A stretch of 64,000 nt of DNA, taken from the IMG/VR virus record IMGVR_UViG_3300022555_003212; one strand, 5' to 3'. This stretch comes from an uncultured virus (IMG/VR IMGVR_UViG_3300022555_003212). Lineage: Duplodnaviria; Heunggongvirae; Uroviricota; Caudoviricetes. The number at the start of each line of letters is the position of its first letter. Position 1 is the first letter of the stretch. The notes beneath the pieces are model-generated. The model saw nothing but the letters and a program-made list of their open reading frames with translations. It made no database searches and was not told where the DNA came from. Shown piece after piece: positions 57,559-64,000 of the stretch. The position numbers and the translations under genes are program-made.

Positions 57559-57613
57559 AACGTGGATTTAAAATTATCTAACAAAGGTAGGAAAACTTTT
57601 CTGAAGTAAAAAA

Positions 57614-57961
57614 TTATAAATCAAATCTTTTTTCTGTGTTGAGTTTTGCTAATTGCTCTTGGTATACATTTACAGCTTTCCACCCAATACTACTTATGAA
57701 AAGTATATTTGTATGCTCATGAAACCATTCTGGTGAACAGTTGTATATCATGCCTCCAGTTCCACTTGACCATGATGCTGATATATACTCTAAATCAACA
57801 GTACCTTCAGATTTTGTGTTTCTTACAAGCATTAGGCAAATTCCTACTCCAGTGGCATTCAGTGCTGTGCCTTTCATTTGAAGTACAATTTTTTCACCAC
57901 CATGAATCTCACGACCATTTATCTTTATAATTTTTTCAAATAATTGGAACTTGGTTGTCAT
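57614..57961 (-). CDS. N-tag + FDL-tail protein
   Basis: MTTKFQLFE...KRFDL. Confidence 0.8.
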   Translation of the reverse strand: MTTKFQLFEKIIKINGREIHGGEKIVLQMKGTALNATGVGICLMLVRNTKSEGTVDLEYISASWSSGTGGMIYNCSPEWFHEHTNILFISSIGWKAVNVYQEQLAKLNTEKRFDL

Positions 57962-58326
57962 AGATCAAATCTGCTTTGTGCTATTTTAGCTTCGAGTTCT
58001 TTTCTGGATTTAGAACAAAAAATAATTTCATTTGGGCTAACCCACCGTGTAAACCTATATCCATTATCTATTTCTTCAAACCATTCCATAAAAACCCACT
58101 CGTTTGATGTATTCAAATTATCAGGATAATCAATTTGAAATCTATCAACTTGAATCTTACCTTTTCGTTTAATTGGTTCTGCCTGTAATGCAATATTGCC
58201 AACATTTACCATAAGAGTTTTATTTAGTTTACTAAAATTACTTCCACCGACTGGGGCAATTTGTATTATCACATAATCCCCAACCTCAGGGGTTATATTT
58301 TCGAACAATTTAAATTTGATTATCAT
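57958..58326 (-). CDS. N-tag + FDL-tail protein
   Basis: MIIKFKLFE...SRFDL. Confidence 0.8.
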   Translation of the reverse strand: MIIKFKLFENITPEVGDYVIIQIAPVGGSNFSKLNKTLMVNVGNIALQAEPIKRKGKIQVDRFQIDYPDNLNTSNEWVFMEWFEEIDNGYRFTRWVSPNEIIFCSKSRKELEAKIAQSRFDL

Positions 58327-58364
58327 GGTCTATATATTATTAATTTATTTTTAATATATATAAC

Positions 58365-58697
58365 ATGATCACACAATTTAATTTATTCGAAACTGTATAT
58401 CCAGCATTTACCGAGCAAGTGCTTTGTGTTATGTCATTATTTATCGTGGATGAGTGTGAATTAAGATACACTGAAGGCACTCAATACACCTCAGATGTAT
58501 ATTATCATAATGGAACAAAATATAGAATGATAATCGATGATGGTGGTAAAAAAATACCAATGCATGAACATCAAAAATTAAATAATTTATTTTATGTTAA
58601 ATCATCTGCAACACATCAATACATTGCATACTTTACAAAAGATAAAAGTATGGAAGAATATAAAAAAAGAATATCACAAGAACGATTCGATTTATGA
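58365..58697 (+). CDS. N-tag + FDL-tail protein
   Basis: MITQFNLFE...ERFDL. Confidence 0.8.
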   Translation: MITQFNLFETVYPAFTEQVLCVMSLFIVDECELRYTEGTQYTSDVYYHNGTKYRMIIDDGGKKIPMHEHQKLNNLFYVKSSATHQYIAYFTKDKSMEEYKKRISQERFDL

Positions 58698-59038
58698 GAT
58701 ATTTAAAAGCATTTGAAGACAACGACAAACCAAGAATTTCAGGCTTTGGGCCTAATGATTTTCTTTGTACATATTCTAACTGCGCTGAATTTATAAAAGG
58801 TAAAATATATACTGGAATATCGTGGCGTAGAGATAATAATGATATCGAAGGAAAGATTGAAGGAGAAAATAAATCATGGGTTGAAGTCCAAATGTCAAAC
58901 AAAGAAAATGGTACATTTGAATATAAGTTTGTAATATCTTCAGCTAAGCCGCCAATTTGGAAAAATGCATACTTTACTCAGGATATTAGTGTCGAAGAGT
59001 TTAGAGCTAAAAAAAGAATGGCAAGATTCGATCTATGA
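58694..59038 (+). CDS. N-tag + FDL-tail protein
   Basis: MRYLKAFE...ARFDL. Confidence 0.8.
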   Translation: MRYLKAFEDNDKPRISGFGPNDFLCTYSNCAEFIKGKIYTGISWRRDNNDIEGKIEGENKSWVEVQMSNKENGTFEYKFVISSAKPPIWKNAYFTQDISVEEFRAKKRMARFDL

Positions 59039-59406
59039 AATATTTAATCAAATTTGAATCGCATTCACTGGATATTATAGAAAATGATATGACTGGTAGT
59101 AATCCTAAAAAGTTTGGTGATTTAAATGTTAAATTAAATGATTATATTGTTATAACTTGGGAAGACTCAAGTTCTGGTTGTTATATTCTAAAGGTTATTG
59201 ATATTATTGCGGCTAATCATAATATTGATTATATCAGATATAGAGTACAAATAGTGTTACCTAATGAAGAAGATAGAGACATGGAAAAAATGCTTTATGC
59301 AGATCAAGAATCAATTAATTGGTATGTTCTTTATCTTGGACAAGATTATGATAAAGCATTAAATTCTTTTAATAGACGAACTACTGAAATAAAATTCGAT
59401 TTATAA
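59035..59406 (+). CDS. N-tag + FDL-tail protein
   Basis: MKYLIKFE...IKFDL. Confidence 0.8.
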   Translation: MKYLIKFESHSLDIIENDMTGSNPKKFGDLNVKLNDYIVITWEDSSSGCYILKVIDIIAANHNIDYIRYRVQIVLPNEEDRDMEKMLYADQESINWYVLYLGQDYDKALNSFNRRTTEIKFDL

Positions 59407-59856
59407 CGGATCACGTTTAAAATCTCTGTATTTATAAGAAGAAATTTTTCTTTGTATTTCCCACTCGTTAGTTGAAATTCCACGAGGTGCCTCCCCGCCA
59501 TCTGTCATATTAAATCCATTTACTTTTGAGTCATATACTTTAATATAAAATACCTCGCCTCTCATGCATTCTAATAGTGTTCCTATGTATAATTTATCCC
59601 ATATAAAATCGTTCCAACCATACTTTCTTAAAGCCGCCATGAATTTTCTATTACTTTTTCCTCGCATATCGTTAAAATGCCCATCTTTTCTTTCATCTAA
59701 ATCGTATGTTATTCCAATATAACATTCCCCCGTAGTTAAACAAAGTGCTTTGTATAATACCATGTGGTATAACCTACCTAACATATGTTCTTCTTTTGTA
59801 ATTCTACCAGATTCCTCTAAGTCCTTTAATGCTGTCTTATTAATAATGCCTATCAT
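59401..59856 (-). CDS. GIY-YIG endonuclease
   Basis: VLYK...YIGIT..ERK.GH..ALRKYG..E..YI..GFNMTDGG. Confidence 0.8.
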   Translation of the reverse strand: MIGIINKTALKDLEESGRITKEEHMLGRLYHMVLYKALCLTTGECYIGITYDLDERKDGHFNDMRGKSNRKFMAALRKYGWNDFIWDKLYIGTLLECMRGEVFYIKVYDSKVNGFNMTDGGEAPRGISTNEWEIQRKISSYKYRDFKRDPL

Positions 59857-59945
59857 ACTCTAAATATTTTTCATCTATATATTTGAATTACCTGGGCTTC
59901 TTTTTAAGTACTCATTTTCTATGCTTGAAATTAATATATAGATGG

Positions 59946-60299
59946 ATGATAACAGAATTTAGACTATTTGAAACATTAAATCCGTCAACTCCTACAGTTG
60001 GTGATTATGTTATTATGAAAAAAGAATTTGTCGATATTTTAGATAATTTCACTCGTAATAATATTGGTCAATTTATTGATATAGAACAAAATGCACCTAA
60101 TGATTTTAGATATATAGTTGAGTTTGATACAGAAATACCAAAAGAAATTTCAGGGTGGTTTTATGCTCATGGCGGAAAAAAAGAAAATCGCAGAAAATAT
60201 AGGGTGACGGACTTTTCAGATAGCCAGCCATTTGAATACTGGTCGGAAGATAAGAAGGAATTAGAAGCAGTTTTAAAAGGAAAACAATTTGATTTATGA
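59946..60299 (+). CDS. N-tag + FDL-tail protein
   Basis: MITEFRLFE...KQFDL. Confidence 0.8.
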   Translation: MITEFRLFETLNPSTPTVGDYVIMKKEFVDILDNFTRNNIGQFIDIEQNAPNDFRYIVEFDTEIPKEISGWFYAHGGKKENRRKYRVTDFSDSQPFEYWSEDKKELEAVLKGKQFDL

Positions 60300-60568
60300 T
60301 AACAGATTTTAAGTTATTTGAAAATATAGATGATTACGCTACTTGGAAGGAAGGAGATGAGGTTTATTGCATAAATGATAAAGATTGGGATAATGGATTA
60401 GTTGATGAACTCACACTGGGGAATAAATATAAAATACAATCAGCCGCTTATTTAAACCCAAATTATGAAATTTGGACTGTTAATATAGATAACGCTGTGT
60501 TTAGAGCAAATAGGTTTACTAAAAATACTCAGCATCCAGTACTATTACAAAAAAGATTTGATTTATGA
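60296..60568 (+). CDS. N-tag + SH3-like + FDL-tail protein
   Basis: MITDFKLFE..GDEVYC..KRFDL; paralog of 30772. Confidence 0.8.
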   Translation: MITDFKLFENIDDYATWKEGDEVYCINDKDWDNGLVDELTLGNKYKIQSAAYLNPNYEIWTVNIDNAVFRANRFTKNTQHPVLLQKRFDL

Positions 60569-60894
60569 TAACAGATTTTAAAATTTTTGAGAAACAAGAT
60601 GATGAGTATGTTACATGCGTCAAATCAGATGGGCGTAGAAGCTGGATAACTGTTGGTAAACAATATAAATTACTTCGGCACATGAAAAAAAGTCAAATAG
60701 GCGAAGATTATGAGGTGATTCGAGTTCGAGGTGATAGTGGTAGTTCATTTGAAGTAAGAAGTATATCAGACGGAAGATTAAAACCACCACCCTATGTTTC
60801 ATATTATTGTTATCCATACGATGATGTTTTATTTTCAAATGAAACACCTGAGCAATACAATAAAAGAATGACAGAAACAAGATTTGACCTATGA
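60565..60894 (+). CDS. N-tag + FDL-tail protein
   Basis: MITDFKIFE...TRFDL. Confidence 0.8.
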   Translation: MITDFKIFEKQDDEYVTCVKSDGRRSWITVGKQYKLLRHMKKSQIGEDYEVIRVRGDSGSSFEVRSISDGRLKPPPYVSYYCYPYDDVLFSNETPEQYNKRMTETRFDL

Positions 60895-61208
60895 AATATA
60901 TTAAGCAATTTGAAACAGTAACAGATTCAAAATATTTATTATGTGTTTTGGGGGACGAATCCAGTATGGAATCTTTCAAGTATGGTAAAAAATATAAAAT
61001 CGAAAAATATGGTGTTGCATATGTTACAGTGTATGATGATTGGAATAATCAGCGTAATATTTATAAAACTTCTCAATTGAGTGATATTGCCACAATGGAC
61101 GAATTAAAAAATTATGAATATTTTTATTCTGCTAATTCGATATTCACAACAGATAAATCAATAGAAGATTATGAAAAAAGAAAGGTACAAGCCAGATTTG
61201 ATCTATGA
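60891..61208 (+). CDS. N-tag + FDL-tail protein
   Basis: MKYIKQFE...ARFDL. Confidence 0.8.
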   Translation: MKYIKQFETVTDSKYLLCVLGDESSMESFKYGKKYKIEKYGVAYVTVYDDWNNQRNIYKTSQLSDIATMDELKNYEYFYSANSIFTTDKSIEDYEKRKVQARFDL

Positions 61209-61552
61209 TAACTGAGTTTAAAATGTTTGAGGTTAATAGTAGTGAGCCACAAATAAACGATTATGGGATTGCAAATATTGATAATACTGGTTCACCAGAA
61301 TATTTAAAGGAATTTATTAAAAATAGCATATGCCAAATAATTAATGTAAAAGAAGGTAAAGATTCATTTACGAATTTTCCTTATGTTGTTAAATATTTTA
61401 AAATTCCGACAGATATTCTATATGCATTCGAATCTGCTAATAGAACAAAAAATACAGGTCTAAGGTGGCTTAAATTAGATGATCTTAAATATTGGTCTCC
61501 AAATAAAAAAGATATGGAAAAAATACTAATACAAAAAAGATTTGATTTATGA
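61205..61552 (+). CDS. N-tag + FDL-tail protein
   Basis: MITEFKMFE...KRFDL. Confidence 0.8.
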   Translation: MITEFKMFEVNSSEPQINDYGIANIDNTGSPEYLKEFIKNSICQIINVKEGKDSFTNFPYVVKYFKIPTDILYAFESANRTKNTGLRWLKLDDLKYWSPNKKDMEKILIQKRFDL

Positions 61553-61941
61553 AATATATTAAAACATTTGAATCTATCAATCTAAATTCAATTAAAACTG
61601 ATATGCTTTATACAATAACTCAATTTGGGTCAGATGAGGTTGCTGTATGCCAATTATCGTTAATTGATGACGAATATTCTTATAATAGATCGTTATCATG
61701 GCTTGGTTGGTATCATGATGTAGAAGACACAAATAGAATTTTAGATATGAATGTTGGAGATTCCATTGAGGTTGGAAGCTCATCAGTAGAAATAATTACT
61801 GCAATAAAATACGATTCAGAGCTGCCAATAGAAACATCAGGTGGTTTGAATTGGGGTACCAACCCAAAGGAAGAGATAGCTACACCTGAAGTGATAGCGA
61901 AATACAACAGAAAACGTTTGCAAAAAAGATTCGATCTATAA
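61549..61941 (+). CDS. N-tag + FDL-tail protein
   Basis: MKYIKTFE...KRFDL. Confidence 0.8.
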   Translation: MKYIKTFESINLNSIKTDMLYTITQFGSDEVAVCQLSLIDDEYSYNRSLSWLGWYHDVEDTNRILDMNVGDSIEVGSSSVEIITAIKYDSELPIETSGGLNWGTNPKEEIATPEVIAKYNRKRLQKRFDL

Positions 61942-62478
61942 CTTCTTACCAATCTTATCCAATAATGTCAATGGTATCAGCACCATTAAATCTTTTCTAC
62001 CATCTTTTTCACGCTGATAAAGCTTATAAAGATTCTTAACTGGGTCAATATGACCATTTTCTTTTACAATATATGTACAATAATTTAAAAACACTTTTTT
62101 TACAACCTCTTCCAGCAATTCTGTTCTTTTAACCAGTGTGTATTCATCACCCCTATCAAATGCCATATAATCTGCTTCCCCAAACATCCAGCCTTCGTGT
62201 CCAGTTATTCCAACAAATTCTATCCAAGTATAATCTTTTGACAATGGTTCGGATTTATTCACTCTTTTTTCACCTTTAACTTCAACTTTTATAGTTTTTC
62301 CTGATGAATTAGTAACCTTAAAATCAAAATGTTCATAAATGTTTTGGCGGTCACTTGAATCAATCACATTTAAGCCTTTAGATTCAGCATAAGTTCTGAA
62401 TTTTTCTTCTACTTCTTTACCATACTTTTTATCTTTTGCATAAATCATACATATTAGATTGTTTTTATGTATATACAT
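61936..62478 (-). CDS. PD-(D/E)xK nuclease-like protein
   Basis: GKEVE..HFDF...VEVKG..WIEF..GWMFGEADY; start uncertain. Confidence 0.6.
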   Translation of the reverse strand: MYIHKNNLICMIYAKDKKYGKEVEEKFRTYAESKGLNVIDSSDRQNIYEHFDFKVTNSSGKTIKVEVKGEKRVNKSEPLSKDYTWIEFVGITGHEGWMFGEADYMAFDRGDEYTLVKRTELLEEVVKKVFLNYCTYIVKENGHIDPVKNLYKLYQREKDGRKDLMVLIPLTLLDKIGKKL

Positions 62479-62521
62479 AGTTAGATATGATAAATAAGTT
62501 TTCGTTTTAAATATATACTGT

Positions 62522-62878
62522 ATGATCAAAATATTTGAAGATTTTGTTTTATATAAACTTGATTTAAAAAAAGGTGATTATGTTGTCACCTACAGGGAAA
62601 AATTTTTGGATGCTTTATTCTTAAGAATGATTGACGTGGATACTAAGCACGGCAATTCTTTAGGCGATCATCAATATCACTGGGACATAATTGATTCTGT
62701 TGGGTGGGAAAAGAACCCTGATCTTATGAAGGGTAGAACACGTTGGATGTTTTTGCCAAACACCGAGACTGAAACACTATTATACTCTGGATCGATCTAT
62801 GGTAAAGCTCAGGATGCATTTGATCAAGCAAAATTAACTATACAAAGACTGGCAAGTACGAGGAGGTTTGACTTATGA
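62522..62878 (+). CDS. N-tag + FDL-tail protein
   Basis: MIKIFE...RRFDL. Confidence 0.8.
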   Translation: MIKIFEDFVLYKLDLKKGDYVVTYREKFLDALFLRMIDVDTKHGNSLGDHQYHWDIIDSVGWEKNPDLMKGRTRWMFLPNTETETLLYSGSIYGKAQDAFDQAKLTIQRLASTRRFDL

Positions 62879-63225
62879 TAACTAATTTCAAACTATTTGA
62901 AACCAATTTGGTTCATACCATCGTTAAAGATAAATTTCTCTGTGTTAAATCTGATGCCCCCGAATTTACGGCTGGTAAAATTTATGATTGCTATGAAGAA
63001 AAATCCAATTTTATACTAATCGTAAATGATCATGGTCGAGAAGAAAAAATAATTGAGAATCATTGGTTGTTCAATAAAAAACATAATACAATTTCAACTC
63101 ACCACTATTCATACATGAAGCAAACATCATCAGTTACAGCAAATTTTTTGTATGCCTATTTTATGAAGAATAAAACGTTAGAAGAATATGAAAAAATGCA
63201 AAGAGAAAAAAGATTTGATTTATAA
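62875..63225 (+). CDS. N-tag + FDL-tail protein
   Basis: MITNFKLFE...KRFDL. Confidence 0.8.
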   Translation: MITNFKLFETNLVHTIVKDKFLCVKSDAPEFTAGKIYDCYEEKSNFILIVNDHGREEKIIENHWLFNKKHNTISTHHYSYMKQTSSVTANFLYAYFMKNKTLEEYEKMQREKRFDL

Positions 63226-63241
63226 AAAATAATAACTAATT

Positions 63242-63444
63242 ATGAAATACTTAAGTCGTATTAATGAAAATACAACAATAAAGAAGGACCTTAAACAACG
63301 TTCAGAATATATAACTGTTGAGGTTATATCTGATTCTTTATACTTTTTGCCAACTTTAAAATGGGGGTGCGCTTTTTTATCATGTTTATCATTTCTAACA
63401 CACAATATTAAATCTTCTTCTTTTAATGTATCAAATGTTTTCAT
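63242..63444. pseudogene. two convergent 5' gene halves joined together
   Basis: + MKYLSRINE... and - MKTFDTLKEEDLILC..KVGKKYK meet near 63324-63341. Confidence 0.5.
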
Positions 63445-63500
63445 ACATTCTAATTTTCAACAAATATACAAACAACTATTCAAATAAAAAAATCAAACAA

Positions 63501-63533
63501 ATTTTTTTTTCTCATATAATAGTTGTACATTTG
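63501..63533 (+). promoter_or_regulatory. host-type promoter, T-tract + TACATTTG
   Basis: TAnnTTTG at 63526-63533; divergent copy at 63461-63468. Confidence 0.65.
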
Positions 63534-63550
63534 TACTTTAATTCAACTAT

Positions 63551-63892
63551 ATGGTAGCCAAAGGAGAATATCTGATCATTAAACCAACTAACCGCTGGGA
63601 AACAAATCCAGATACAAAACCGCCACGACTTATTCGTATTGAATCAGGCCCTATATTAGATATGGGTATTAATAATGGTGAACCTGTTGAAGTTACTAAC
63701 CCACTTGGAATAAAGCATGCACTTGCAGACAGAAACATTTGGGGTGGATCGTGTGCTTTATATTTTGACCCATTCGGTAGGTACTGGTCGGGTAATGGAA
63801 ATGATTATGAAATACTTTGGAGAGGATTCGATCTTGATGAAGCAAACAGGAATTTGATTTCAATTGTTAATGGTAATAGATTCGACTTATGA
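63551..63892 (+). CDS. FDL-tail protein, no N-tag
   Basis: ends NRFDL. Confidence 0.75.
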   Translation: MVAKGEYLIIKPTNRWETNPDTKPPRLIRIESGPILDMGINNGEPVEVTNPLGIKHALADRNIWGGSCALYFDPFGRYWSGNGNDYEILWRGFDLDEANRNLISIVNGNRFDL

Positions 63893-64000
63893 TAGGTAAA
63901 ACTCCATCACAACGTAAGCATGAACGCCTAATTAAAAGACGTGCTGCTATGGATTTAAAAAATCCTAAGAAACCTGAATTTAAAGAGGGTGAAATTGTAT
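63889..64000 (+). CDS. hypothetical protein, 3' partial
   Basis: ATGA overlap; runs off the window. Confidence 0.55.
   Translation, partial: MIGKTPSQRKHERLIKRRAAMDLKNPKKPEFKEGEIV

Noticed and set aside
412..63738. Many short antisense or alternate-frame ORFs in the track (e.g. 412..639, 582..911, 20424..20771, 27434..27793, 32459..32815, 60620..60979)
   Set aside because: They overlap better-supported genes and have antisense-like composition
30386..63892. AGATTTGATTTATGA repeats as a CRISPR array or integron attC sites
   Set aside because: Repeats are short, vary at synonymous positions and are spaced by whole genes; there is no attC-like hairpin and no cas or integrase gene in the window
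5404..63892. FDL tail as a known signal (KDEL/RDEL, beta-clamp QL[SD]LF, T4 LDFL clamp motif, SSB tail)
   Set aside because: Only loose resemblance; residue order and charge differ, so no assignment is made
1..64000. Stop-codon reassignment explaining the many short ORFs
   Set aside because: TAA, TGA and TAG all act as stops in tightly packed genes, long ORFs are intact in code 11, and FDL ends use both TAA and TGA
1..64000. Eukaryotic giant virus or bacterial chromosome origin
   Set aside because: Operons with ATGA overlaps, intrinsic terminators and Bacteroidota promoter boxes, with no housekeeping gene clusters, fit a phage better; hallmark genes are not in the window

Overview
This AT-rich, gene-dense window looks like an accessory region of a large (jumbo-like) tailed phage in genetic code 11. 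No capsid, terminase or polymerase gene is present, so the phage call is an inference. The host is probably Bacteroidota: about 16 TAnnTTTG -7 promoter boxes, no Shine-Dalgarno sites, and a Gln after a signal-peptidase site. Recognisable genes are a LAGLIDADG and a GIY-YIG endonuclease, vWA, NUDIX, a 1983-aa multi-domain glycosyl/methyltransferase, two C39-like peptidases, ParB-like, ATP-grasp, Pth2, a methyltransferase and a polynucleotide kinase/phosphatase. The dominant feature is a modular peptide-tag architecture. (i) 48 otherwise diverse small ORFs end exactly in (R/K/Q/T)-F-D-L-stop (one FEL). (ii) About 50 ORFs or stubs begin with an MKY(L/I)KxFE or MITxFKxFE leader that resembles the T4 capsid-targeting sequence, and they sit behind an ATATATA box. 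(iii) A mutually exclusive set of about 37 ORFs ends in R-x-x-K-(L/I)-x-x-(L/I). Related SH3/KOW-like bodies occur with either tail. The arrays carry rearrangement debris: an empty tag-only cassette, orphan tags, decapitated genes, and a gene at 54023-54575 that reassembles into a seamless 154-aa ORF from two inverted pieces, all bounded by TTAT/ATAA. Also present are three promoter classes, an IS200/IS605-type miniature element and several candidate structured RNAs. Family assignments come from motif recognition by eye; no database search was run.
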